Of a stretch of DNA of 64,000 nt, positions 24,357 to 35,976 are shown piece after piece. The DNA is from Squalus acanthias. Taxonomy: Eukaryota. Numbering within the stretch: position 1 is the first letter of the stretch; each line of letters opens with the position of its first letter. The position numbers and the translations under genes were made by a program. The stretch is from positions 80,602,001-80,666,000 of the forward strand of contig CM059432.1 in the NCBI GenBank assembly GCA_030390025.1, in the 5' to 3' direction. The notes under the pieces are model-generated. The model was not told the origin of the DNA and did no database searches. It worked only from the letters and a program-made list of their open reading frames with translations.

Positions 24357-25112
24357 GGCCCCGATTTTAAGTTTGTGATGCGCTGGAATCGGGGAGTTGG
24401 GGGGGGGCGGTGTCCGATATCATGTGGGAAACCCGGAGGTAATTGCAGTGTGTCTCTCAGTGGCTTTTTAACTCAGCCACCTCATTATCATATTACTTCC
24501 GGGTTTCCTGTCCAATCGGTGGCAGCGGGCATGATGTGGACCCGCATGACGCGATCTCAACTCCAGTATTTAAAGGGACATTCCAAAGATGCAAGTTCAA
24601 GGAGTTAGAGTTGGCTGTCGGAGAACTAGAAGTGTCAGACAGGAGTCCAGACGGGCAAAGGCTGAGCCCCATTTCACTGACACTTCCTCAAGGGCAATTA
24701 GGGATGGGCAATAAATGCTGGCCTTGCCAGTGACACCCACATCCCATGAACAAATAAAAAGCAGGTACTGAGTACTTATTGGCATATTTCCCTGAGATTG
24801 ATTCCGCCCCCTCGATTGCTGCTGTGTACTCGCCTTGCTTTCACTGGCGAGTTTCAGGAAGCCTGGGAACCTGTGGACCCGACATTAAAGTCAAAAGCAT
24901 GTTGAAATATCCCTCCAATTCAGCAATTAACATATGGTAATTGACAACCTGCCTCTCCTGAGGGGGTTGGGCGCACACAGCCCAATGTGCTGCAGTGAAA
25001 TGCGGAAGTCGGAGGGTTGGAGCTGGCTTCCCGACACGCTGTCAATTTCGCCGGTTTTAACCCCCCCACCCGCACCGAAACCCACGCACTCCTGCAGGTT
25101 AAAATTCAGCCC
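24357..25112. mobile_element. Harbinger-type MITE containing a short LINE/SINE tail (about 24685-24760)
   Basis: Ends GGCCCCGATTTTA and TAAAATTCAGCCC. The internal caagggcaattagggatgggcaataaatgctggccttgccag is the same tail as at 48230-48290. Confidence 0.55.
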
Positions 25113-25216
25113 GTGGTTTTGTCAGTTTGCCTGCAGGGAAGAATTTGCTGCTTTATTTTTTTTTACTGAAAAGTCTTAAGTACTCTGAATTACTTATTTT
25201 ATTTCCCATTTTATAG

Positions 25217-25396
25217 CCTCCTCTCCTCAATAACGCATCCAACTACATCAGAGACCAAGACGTCTGAGTCGCTATTAACAGGAGAGAATGACACCGACAA
25301 GGCAGAACGGAATAGCAAAAAGGTCTGCTTTGTGGTAACCGGAGATGACCAAGAGGATTCAGGTCACGATACAATAAGCAACAGGGATTCCTATAG
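25217..25396 (+). CDS. PREX2: PREX2 internal coding exon E (180 nt, phase 2 to 2)
   Basis: Acceptor cccattttatag|C and donor AG|gtataa. Encodes [59 protein letters not shown]. Confidence 0.94.
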
Positions 25397-26879
25397 GTAT
25401 AATATGCTTTAGATTACGCTGTAATGCAGTTAGACTGAATATTCAAGTTAAAATGAATTCAGAGAATTTAAGAATAAAGTATTATTATTGCAGCTTTTAT
25501 TAAAAACATTTTATTCATGTCATAGTTACAAGTTTCTGTTTGTGCCTGTTACTGTGCAGGTATATGCTTTATGTCCTGTTTTGGTTATTTATACCGAGCC
25601 TCTCGCTCTGTCCTGTTAGATTTCTCTATGAAATCACCTGTTAATGGATATTTTGGTGACTAAGGAAATCTGTTGCAATCATAGTACCTATGATTTTTTG
25701 TACTTCTGTTTAGTAGTGACAAATCATGTTTATGGGGCTCTTCTGCATAAGTGGAAGTGAGAGATGAAAATGACTAAACTGTGGGTCAGATGAGCCAAGG
25801 CCAAAGTATAATCTAGCCTTGGTAAAGCTTTGTATAACCTCATGGTAGGCAGACACAAGTTTAGTCTTTCAGGGTTCTTATGATGTGTTTATATCATATT
25901 TCAAGACAGACTTTTAGAAATTTCATGAATGAAACAAAGTATAAAAACTGCTGTGAATTGGCAAATGTTCTGCATTTGTGTCACTGAATCTGGTCTGTGT
26001 TACTAACACTTAGAAACATACAAATCAGAAATGTTTCAAGTATTACAAGGAAAGGTGCTTATTTTGAAAGTTAAAGAGGTTTTTCAGTACTCAGAAGGTT
26101 AAAGGAAGGAGGAAACACACACGTACACTTCAGAACCGATTAAGTGCCAGCTATGCAAAGACTAGGGAATTCTTATTCAAAATAAAATCATAAAAGCCCC
26201 AACTTGACTGAACTAATGAATGGAAACAGTTTCTCAATCATTTATGTTTTTTCGGGGCTTTAACTCTAGTTTGTATATGAGGTTTTAAAGCTGCGTGATC
26301 CCACTATATTTAAGATGAAGTTTCTTAATCTGAAACTCATTTCCAAGTGAGAGGGTCAATTTTAAGTCCTGGGCAGCAGCCCACCCTAGCGAGCGGTCAG
26401 CCTGTCCAGGAGCAGTGGTGGGAGGCACAGCCTCATTGGCATGCTGCTGGCTGGCATCCCGACCTAAATGGCTTGATTGTTGGTGGGAATCAGCTGCCTG
26501 ACCATCACAATTGGGCAGCAGGCGGACGCTACTGAGACTAGATATCAAAATTCCCCCTAGGAGCTGATTGAGAAAGCAAGGCTTGTAATAAAATTGAAAT
26601 AACAGCAGAAGTAAAATTGCCTTGAACAGCTGATTCCTCCCTGAATTACGATATAGCAGCCTCTCTAGAACCACGTTAAAAACAGCAACAACTCACATTT
26701 CTATAATACATGCAAAGAAAAACATCATCAAGCACCTTGCTGTGTGGAGGAAAAGAGGTGGACACTGGGTGGAATAGATAAGGGAAATAGAAACTTACTT
26801 GGTGGGAAGCATTGCCATTATCTATGAGGTTTATTCCATGAATATTGATAAATAATTTTAAGGCAATCATCAGTGCCAA

Positions 26880-27254
26880 CCTTATTTGAAGGGGAAGGAA
26901 GAGTGGAAGGATGACTCTGGGGAGACCAAAGCTACCATCTGCAACCAGGATTCATGACACCCTTGGGTGAACAATAGACAGAAGCAGAGTGCAGATATAA
27001 TGAGGATCATGCTACAACCAGAATGTTTATCGAGCATACCATTGGAACTTTCAAGCAGCGCTTCAGAAGTCTCAACCCATTGGCGACACCTTACAGTGCG
27101 ATTTCCTCAAGGTTTTACAAATAATTGCCATCTGTTCCATGCTCCATAACTTTGCCCTGCAGAGTGGTTTTGCCATGCAGATCAAAGAACACAATGGCGA
27201 AGCTAAGAGAAGACAAGTGGGTGAAAGTGACAATGAATTATCTGTCAAACCAAC
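26880..27254 (+). pseudogene. Degenerate Harbinger/HARBI1-type transposase C-terminal fragment
   Basis: Translates as LWGDQSYHLQPGFMTPL...TEAECRYNEDHATTRMFIEHTIGTFKQRFRSL, followed by a CSMLHNFAL-like motif. Interrupted by the Penelope insertion. Confidence 0.75.
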
Positions 27255-27268
27255 AATATAACAAAGAA

Positions 27269-28367
27269 CTCAGCAGGCCAGGCAGCATCCGTGGAGAGCC
27301 CTCACCCCTGCCCCTCCCTCCCGGAACCACGATAGGGTTCCCCTTGTCCTCACCTTTCACCCCACCAGCCTCCACATTCAACGGATCATCCTCCGCCATT
27401 TCCGCCACCTCCAGCGTGATCCCACCACCAAACACATCTTCCCCTCACCTCCCCTTTCAGCATTCCGCAGGGACCGCTCCCTCCGCGACACCCTAGTCCA
27501 CTCCTCTACCACCCCCAGCACCCCTTCCCCTTCGCCCGGCACCTTCCCGTGCACGCGCAGGAGATGCAACACATGCCCTTATACCTCCCCTCTTCCCACT
27601 GTCCAGGGCCCCAAACACCCCTTCCAGGTGAAACAGCGATTTACTTGTACTTCCTGCAATTTAGTATACTGTATTCGCTGCTCACGATGTGGACTCCTCT
27701 ACATTGGGGAGACCAAACGCAGATTGGGTGACCGCTTTGCGGAACACCTCCGTTCAGTCCGTAAGGGGGACCCCGAGCTCCCGGTGGCCTGTCACTTTAA
27801 TTCACCGCTTCACTCCCACTCTGACCTCACCGTCCTCGGCCTATTACACTGTTCCACGGAAGCTCAGCGTAAGCTCGAGGAACAGCACCTCATCTTTCGT
27901 TTAGGCACGCTACAGCCCTCTGGACTCAATATCGAGTTCAACAATTTTAGATCATAACCTCAGCTCCAATCACATTTATATTTTATTTTATCCACCCTTT
28001 TATTTGTCCCCCCCCACCTTTTTTTTCCTCCTAGAAGCTGGCAGCTGTCCTTCATTCTGCCAGTGGATTTCACACTTCATTCAGCCTTAATCTGTCACAT
28101 TAACACCACCTCTAGCCTTGCATATCTCTTAATGTCTCTTAATGTCTCTTCATCCCCCCCTTTGTTCCTTTATCCCCTCCCCCTTTTCCCAGCTTTACCC
28201 TGGCCTTAAATCTATTTGATTTCCGGCTCTTCCCAGTTCTGATGAAAGGTCATCGACCTGAAACGTTAACTCTCTTTCTCTCTCCACGGATGCTGCCTGG
28301 CCTGCTGAGTTTTTCCAGCGTTTTCTGTTGTTATTTCGGATTTCCAGCATCCGCAGTATTTTGCTAT
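27269..28367 (+). mobile_element. 5'-truncated Penelope-like element (Neptune type) with GIY-YIG endonuclease, inverted 5' pLTR piece and 14-bp TSD
   Basis: The open frame 27298-27957 has a Cys-rich linker (CTRRRCNTC) and VYCIRCSRCGLLYIGETKRRLGDRFAEH...GLN. The TSD aatataacaaagaa is at 27255-27268 and 28368-28381. Bases 27269-27298 are the exact reverse complement of 28280-28309. Confidence 0.92.
28235..28271 (+). ncRNA. Minimal type I hammerhead ribozyme motif in the Penelope pLTR
   Basis: Layout: agtt-CTGATGA-a-aggtc(atc)gacct-GAAA-cgtt-aact. Stem I is agtt/aact, stem II has 5 bp, stem III is the palindrome ACGT, and the predicted cleavage triplet is GUU. Confidence 0.75.
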
Positions 28368-28713
28368 AATATAACAAAGAAGACTGGTACATCAGGCACT
28401 AATTCAGGATGCCTTCCAATGTGTGCCACAGCTGCACCATTTAATAAAACTGCATTCCACATCAGCAAATTAATTGTTTGCAAAACACCTTCTATATTTT
28501 CCAGTGCAGTTTCTTAAATACTATTCTAACTTCAGCAGACAAATACTTGGCATAATGTTGAACTTGAATGCAGTGCATTTATTTCATCCATTGTGTGGTG
28601 TTGTTGGTGTGATCTGTCATAGTGCTGCCCTTTGTTTCAGTTGTGTGGCACCTAACCTACTACTACTTCAAAGTGATTCCCTTGTGAAAGGAGTAAGTCT
28701 GCTGGCTATTGGA

Positions 28714-30939
28714 CTGTCCGTGATTAAGGTAAAGTGCTGGCGAGCTAGGAGATGACTCCACTTCCGTACTGCCTCTATGATGGCTGTAGCTTCTTTCTCG
28801 ACTGGAGGATAATGTAGCTCAGCCCCTTGAAAAGTCCTGGACAAAAATGCCACCGGACGACCTTCCTGATTCAGAGTGGCCGAGATCGCCACCTCCGAGG
28901 CATCACACTCAACAACAAAAAGAAGACTCTCATCGATGGAGTGAAGAGCCGCTTTCTCCAACTGTTTTTTCAGGAGGTTAAAGGCTGCAACAGCCGCTGT
29001 GTCTAGTGGGAATGTGCTGGCCTTTAGTAGAGGTTGGATTCGGTCCGAGAAGTTAGGAATCCATTTAGCATAGTATGCAAACAGGCCAAGGGCCTGGCGC
29101 AAGGAGGCCGGATTCTTAGGTGGCGGGAGTTCTTGGAGTGGGCGAAGCCTTTCAGGGTCAGGTTTAATGATGCCATTGCCCACACAATAGCCAAGGATGT
29201 TGATGGTTGGTTGTGACTCAATGGATTTAGCCGCATTTAATATCAAATTACGGTGCTGGAGTGCATCCCAAAATCGTTGGAGATTGGCGTCATGTTCCCG
29301 CTGATTGCGACCTGCGACAGTAATATTGTCCAGATAAGGAAACGTATCCTTCAAGTCTTCCTGTTTGACCAGGTCATCCATTGCTCGCTGGAAGACATCC
29401 ACTCCATTAGTGACCCCAAAGGGGAGGCGACGAAATTGATACAGCCGTCCATTGGCTTCAAAGGCCGTATACTGCTTGTCTGAGACCTTCAAGGGTACCT
29501 GATGATAGGCACTTTTCAGATCATATGTTGAGAACACCGTGTACTCAGCCAGTTTATTAACCATATCATCGATGCGCGGCAATGGGTATGCGTCCAAGTC
29601 CGTATATTGATTGATGGTCTGTGAATAGTCAATGCACAGCTGTTTCTTGTGAGGTTGTAGAGGGTTCTTAACAATAACGACCTGGGCGCGCCATGGCGAC
29701 GAACAAGGCTCGATGATATCCTCTGCTAAAAGCCGAGAAATCTCCGCCGCAATAAAAGACTGGTCTTCCTGACTGAAACGTCGTGACTTTGTTATAATCG
29801 GTTTGCATCGAGGAGGGATACTGGTAAACAGTGAGGGTTCATCCAGTGAAGCTGCTGACAATGCACAGAACGGTAATCGAGGTAGTATATTAGAAATAGT
29901 GAGTTCAGGTTTGGATCCGCCGAACTCAATGGTGAGCTTCTTATGCTGCTTTTGAAAATCCAGCCCTAAGATAAGATCACTACATAAGTCCTTGAGCACC
30001 GAAAGCCGGGTGGAGGGATACCTGTGACCATTAAGTGTTCAGATTGATCGTCAGGGATAAAGTCCTCCCTAATAGAGTTCGCCTGTGGCCTCTTAAATTG
30101 CCTGACTGTAGTTAAGGCAGTAGACCGAGGTCTGGGCACTGTATAAAGGTCTGCATTTCTTTTTGCCAGATCTAGAGAGCAAGCCATGTCATAAGCTCTC
30201 TGAAGCTCAAGTGTCTTACTTTCCAGTAGACGCTGGCGTATAAATGGGGAGGCAAGCCCGCAGATGAAAGCATCACGGATCATTTCTTCACGGTACAGCT
30301 CAGCTGAGGCCGCCTGAAAGTTACAGTCCATACTAAGTCTGCGAAGCTCTTGGAGGAATTTATCAATGGATTCCTCCGGCCCTTGTTGGGCTGTAGCTAG
30401 TAGATTTCTGGCATAGACCTCATTCGGTGTCTTAGTATATAGTCTCTTAAGCGTCCGAATTGCCTCCTCGTAACTGCCCCATTCCTCCACATACTGAAAT
30501 ACATTCGGGGTGACACAGTTGATGAGTATCCGCAACTTTGAGTCATCATCAGCCTTACAATATTCAAGAAAATTGTCAAACGTGTGATACCAGTGTTTCC
30601 ACACCTTACCGGCTGCTGGGGTGTTTGGGTCCAAGTCAAGACGCGATGGTTTAAGGATGTTTTCCATGATGGGTGATTCCCTGGATCCTTAGTTCCGAGT
30701 TCGTCCAAAAAGTTTGAGTGCTAAGTTTTTCAAAGTTGATTAAATTGTCGTAAGAATGAGCCTTACGCGTGGTGAACTTAAAGTAAGCTTTAATCAACTA
30801 AAAAGGAGCTACATACAAAAGAGGTCTTACTCTATGCCTCTCCAGGATCCAACTGATCAGTCCAGTATTTATCCTGGACTAATCACAGGAAGTGATGCAA
30901 TAAAGTTCGAGTCACAGGAAGCTGTATTGTGTTACCACA
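28714..30939 (-). mobile_element. Truncated Ty3/Gypsy LTR retrotransposon (5' LTR, gag, partial protease, RT-RNase H; integrase and 3' LTR missing)
   Basis: Gag MENILKPSRLDLDPN..WKHW at 29966-30667. Pol has ILGLDF, SSPW, LCIDY, DAYPLPRIDD, DLKSAYHQ, LPFGVTNG, YLDNI, CDAS, EKEATAI and HFTLITD, then homology stops abruptly. Confidence 0.92.
30746..30939 (-). repeat. Gypsy 5' LTR (194 bp)
   Basis: Minus-strand termini TGTGGTAA...TTACGACA (7/8 inverted match). TATA-like ATAAATA at about 30866-30872 and ATTAAA at about 30789-30794. Gag starts about 80 nt downstream. Confidence 0.7.
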
Positions 30940-31311
30940 CTTACCTCTGCACTCATGCACCCATCACTTACCTGCACACCGGACATCTCGACCCCTCCAA
31001 GCCCTCCAGACCGACGGTCCGCCTCGCTAAATCGGCGTGGTTCGGACCTGTCGGGAAGCCCACACTTCAGGGCTAAAAATAGGGATTAGGCAAAAAACTG
31101 CCTGTTAACTACCTGTTAACAGGCAGTTTATTGGCACTAATCCCCTTCCCGCCTCGGGGAGGCGGGTCCCAGCACAGGTCGGGTACCCACCTCCTGGGAA
31201 ACTGGCATGGAGGCGGGTTGGGGGCGGGATGGGTTCGGGACCCCCGAATCTGCTATTTTCACACCACTCCCGCCTCCAAACCCGCCTCCACGGGCCGGTG
31301 AAAATTGAGCC
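30940..31311 (-). mobile_element. End of a Harbinger-type MITE (the Gypsy element's apparent host)
   Basis: Terminus AAAATTGAGCCC. Bases 31215-31311 are the reverse-complement homologue of 33850-33950. Confidence 0.6.
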
Positions 31312-32137
31312 CTTAATGTACTCATACTGTATCCTCTGTGCTAAGTTTAGGCAGGTATCAACTTGTTTATTTTAAATGCCTAAAATAATGCACAAAGAAA
31401 TGTAGTCTGAGTGTATTCAGCATTTATATCTGAACTTTACCTATACCCCAATTTTTTAAAATTGAGTATCAATGACATCATAGAACTGGCTTGGAGAAGA
31501 ATCACTAACCTACATTGTATCGGTGAACTAAATTAACAACAGTATTTAAAACATAGCTTAGGGCACTTCAGTGATCATGTCAATTGATCTCGTTCATATT
31601 ATCCTGCTTATTAGGTCCAGTGCAATGCTCTTGATGCTGCTAACAGCACTCAAAAAAGCTACGGAAATGGAGACCAAAACAAAATATCAGTCTATTAAGT
31701 TGGTCATAAATTGATTGTTATAAAGTGTACTCAGTGGTGAGACCCTGTGACATATTTTTGATAGCTTTACTACAAGAGAAAGGATCAAAAGATAAAACAG
31801 TTTCTAAGGTAAGGTACCAGTCAAAATGATCAGTGTTAACAATCTGGAGTAAGTACTAACCATGAAAAAAAAACTGATTGCAGATATATCCCAGAATCTA
31901 AACCCCAAGAAAATACTGAGAGCAGGATAAATTACATTTTGTGTTAGACAGCTGTCAAATTATTCATAATACATAATTTATCAGTGTTGCATCCTTCCCC
32001 ATCGGAATATAGCCCCAGCTATGCATACATACTGAAGATCTGTCACAAGCCTAAATACACAGAGTAAAACAATATTCAGCATGAACTGCACGTAATTTGT
32101 AAGAGAGGAGGCTTAACATGTTATCTTTCTTCCCCAG

Positions 32138-32232
32138 TGACTGCAACAGCAATAGGAATTCCATTGCTTCTTTTACAAGTATCTGCAGCAGCCACTGCGA
32201 TTCCTACGTTCACAGTGATGACATGGACTCTG
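32138..32232 (+). CDS. PREX2: PREX2 internal coding exon F (95 nt, phase 2 to 1)
   Basis: Acceptor tctttcttccccag|T and donor G|gtaag. Encodes (S)[31 protein letters not shown]. Confidence 0.94.
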
Positions 32233-32949
32233 GTAAGCTGGACATGATGCAATGTGTACGATGCAGAATATTGCCTTGTGTAGAAATAGCATAAGAACTT
32301 AATCTCCTGTTCAAAGAATATTCTTCTTTGCCTCTTGTCTCTCATTTGTTATTGCTTTCTTTTACATATCTCCTTTTTATTTTCTAAACATTTTTCTTGA
32401 TTTTTTTTGCTTTTGTCCCTTTGTTTATTATATTTTGTACTTTTTACTTCCATATTGTTTAAATTTCTGTGGTTATGGTGCGTTTCAGATGATAAAGCTA
32501 ATAACTATGTAAAACAGTTTTGAATACAATATATACAGTCATAGTAAATCAAATATGTAACACATAAAATCAACATAAAAATGAAAATGACAAAAAAACC
32601 AATAGGGGTGTTCAAATGAAATGACATTTAATGTACTTGATGCAATACAGATTGTTAAAAGCATTAATATGAGCCTAGATATTCCACAGTGGTGTGATCT
32701 CTTCCCTCCCCCTTCCCTGTAAGTGTGGCAGAGTGAGACACCCATCCATTTTTGCTTCCAGCCCCCCGCCCCCCATTTAACTTCACTACAACAGGCAGCA
32801 GGGAGAGGAAAAACTAGACTTTAATGTCTTTGCAATTTTACCTTGCAAAAGTAGAAATGATTCAGGCAAACATGTGGCTACCTCTGCAACCATATTGAGT
32901 TGTACAGCTTTTGTTCAATTATGATAAAATTAGTATAACAAGGTTGTGA

Positions 32950-33330
32950 TTAAGTTATGAAGAAAGGCTGAGAGACTGAAATTTTAGCTGGAAAGAAAAG
33001 ACTAAGGTCACAGATCTTGAAAATAATAATTTGGGATAAGAGGACACATGGACAAAATGCACAAGCCTTGAGGAAGGTTAGAGATGGGATAGCCGATATG
33101 TGGAACAGCCTCTCAGAAGGTGGTCCATTTAATTTTAAAAGGAAGCTGGGTCAATATCTGTTGAGAATGAGGAATTGAGGGCTATTATGACACTACTTAA
33201 TGGAACTTAGTATTCTTTAAAGTAAGGTTGGAGATGAGTTGATCATAGAATAATCATACATGGACTCTGGATGGAATGGGCTTGATGGGCTGAATGTTAT
33301 TTTCTCACTCTGGGCTTTCTGATGTTCTTA
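32950..33330 (+). mobile_element. Old degenerate CR1 3' fragment
   Basis: agttatgaagaaaggctg (SYEERL), tggaacagcct (WNSL) and the tail gggcttgatgggctgaatg...tctgatgttctta. Confidence 0.55.
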
Positions 33331-33849
33331 GTGTTTTATGACTCATATATTTGTGCCAAAGATTTCAATGTTTGGTACACTGATTTTTGGATATGTTAAT
33401 TTTTCTTCCAAAATATAAATGTAATGGGCTAAAAAATGTCAAAGGCTGACCAAAAAATAATTGTTAGTGATATTTATTCACGTCCATTCAGAATAACCTG
33501 TTCCAGGACAATGGGTCAATTTTAATTGTTCCCGCAGGGCGGGAAATGGGTGGCAACGGGTCAGCCACACGTTTTACACCCCATCTGATTTTTCTTTCCA
33601 TGGAAGTCAATTTCCACTGAGTGGAAGGGCAGGGTTTGGTTTTATTAGTTTGATCCTATAGACCCTGAGAAGTGTCCCCCCCCCGCAACCCCGCCAAAGC
33701 TCCTGGAAACCGGTTGGTTCAAATGGCCACTTAATGTCAGTATTCAAAGCATCCACATTGGGTGCACTAACTAGTCTGCAGGCTGCCCTGTCAGGGGGAA
33801 TTGATGCAGATGTTCTTGATACCACAACCTACTCCAGGTAGCACTCTTT

Positions 33850-34599
33850 GGGCTGGATTTTCAATGACCCGTGGAGTCGGGTTTGGAGGCGTGTGGGGGG
33901 TTAAAGTTGCAGATTCGGGGGTCCCGACCCCATCCCGACTCCATTCCGCCTCCACGCAATTTTGACAAAATCGGTCGCGGGGTTCCCGACTCTGTCCCGC
34001 CTCCAAGAGGCGGGAGAGGCCATTAAAGCCCTTAACAAGCCCTAAATTGGCTCTGTAATGCCATTTTGAAACGTTTTAGCTAGTTTAACCCTTTTCCGAC
34101 GTGAAGTACGCCTGATGTGAAACACTCCAGTGAAACCTGGCGGGAGCACAAGTGGATAGCTGACTATCAGCTGCAGGTCCACTATTACAACGGAGATGTG
34201 ATGAAGGTAGTAGTAGTATTGTGATGAAGGTAGTAGTAGTATTAGGTCTGAAAGTCGCCTCTGATGCTGCTGCATTGAATGTCTTCAGAGACTGCCTGGG
34301 AGGACTTGGTTGCAAAAAAATTCTCTCTCTCTCTCTCTCTGAGATGCTGCTCATTTTGCATCCAGGTCCTCTCACAGCAAAGACCAGGCAATCTCTGAGA
34401 CCAAGCAGTCTCTGACCTACAATGATGACATCATCAGAGGCAACTTTCAGACTGAAACCACTAATTGGTTCATGGGTTCCCACATGCTGGAACTCAATTG
34501 CCCAATTAAGTGAAAATTACATCGTTCATCCACATTAACCTGGAGTCGGGGGGGCAACACGAAATGCGGGTAACACGACCCCAAGACAAAATCCAGCCC
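33850..34599. mobile_element. Complete MITE (Harbinger/Tourist type), 750 bp, with perfect 12-bp TIRs and 3-bp TSD
   Basis: GGGCTGGATTTT ... AAAATCCAGCCC flanked by TTT on both sides. It splits an older element whose uninterrupted homologue lies at about 9080-9240. Confidence 0.85.
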
Positions 34600-35604
34600 T
34601 TTATATCAAATCCTTCTCTGCTATTGGCACTGAGGATGACATTGGTCTCTCCAGTGACCCCTGCCATCTGTCTCAGGTCCTTAGTGCCTCCATGTGAGTG
34701 TAATGTTCATCCTTTTAGAGCAGGACCCCAGATCCTGTAGAGGCAAAGGCTGCCTTCTGCAGAACCGCTGCTCCCTACTGTCATATATATCTAACATTTA
34801 CCTTTGACTCCTCTGGTACCCTCATGTATGTGTCTGACCCAGTGGAAATTCTGATCGGATCCATCTACTGTATATTGTTCATAGATACACAATGCCTATT
34901 GCCAGGAAAACAAATAGATATGTTGTTGTACTGAAAATAAGCATTTCCATTCAGGCTGCTGACACATCTTGCATTTTGGTATCTTTTGTGATTGCACTGG
35001 CTGCAACATCACATTTCCACTTCCATTCTCTCATTGTTTGATATTAGAAAATTAATGAGCTGTTGTCAACACTATGGAGTGCTGGAGTGTGGGTTTACAG
35101 TTGTGTTGTAACCAATAGGTATTGCTAATCTCAGCTGCTCCGCTCTGGAGAAGCACCAAGCAGAAAATAGAAGCAAATTGCAAACATTGTGCTGTGAAGA
35201 TAGAAACAGATCACTGGTATCCTAAAAGCTTGATTCAGGTGCATGGACCAGTATAGTCATGTGAGGATTTCCAAGATCCTTGAGGCTTGCTGCATGCTGC
35301 ACAGTCATTAGAAAAGGTCCTTGATGGACAAGGAGGCCAAGACCAGAAGATTTAGGAGCTTGAAGTGTCCCAACAAGATGAAGAGCAGATGCAGGATAGC
35401 AAATCAGTGTCAGCAAGATAGCTACAGGAACTCACAATAAGAGACAAATTCTACTAAAATAGATCCCACTGCATTCCCAGACTGTTCCTTGAGATGGCAG
35501 TGGACCACCCTCAATAAAGCTATCACATGACCCCCCCATGAAGAACCATCCATACGCAACTCCTGAATATATGAGCTGCCATCCCATCCAACTGTAAGAT
35601 AATA

Positions 35605-35976
35605 GGCCGTATTTTGCGACCCCTACGGGTGCGTACGAGGTGTGTATGTGCCCGTAGGGGCCGTGCAAGTTCTGGGTTTAGGCATGCGAAGCCCATGCGC
35701 TAAAACCCGGCACTTGCGATCTGTCAAGAATTCTCTTCACAGATCCTCCGCATCCCCAGGAGATGGGCCTCTGCGGGTGGAGAGTTGCACTATTTGCACA
35801 ACTTCCACCCACTGAATGCCTGTCAAATTCTTACGCCTGGTAAAAGCAGGCATAAGGCCTGCTTTTACCAGCATAAGAGTTCTAAAAAATAGAAAAATAA
35901 AATTTTATCACTCATTTATAAATTAAAAATACTCTTCAATAAGGTAAGTTTATTTTTAGCCCCGTAAAAACATATA
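35605..35976. mobile_element. Harbinger-type element end with subterminal palindrome
   Basis: Starts GGCCGTATTTTGC. The inverted repeat cccctacggg...cccgtagggg encloses GCGTACG. Interrupted at 35977 by another element. Confidence 0.5.

Noticed and set aside
30940..31070. Longer LTR ending at 30978 or 30985 with an upstream polypurine tract (tandem element)
   Set aside because: The 7/8 inverted terminal match supports 30939, and the sequence beyond it appears to continue into a MITE end.
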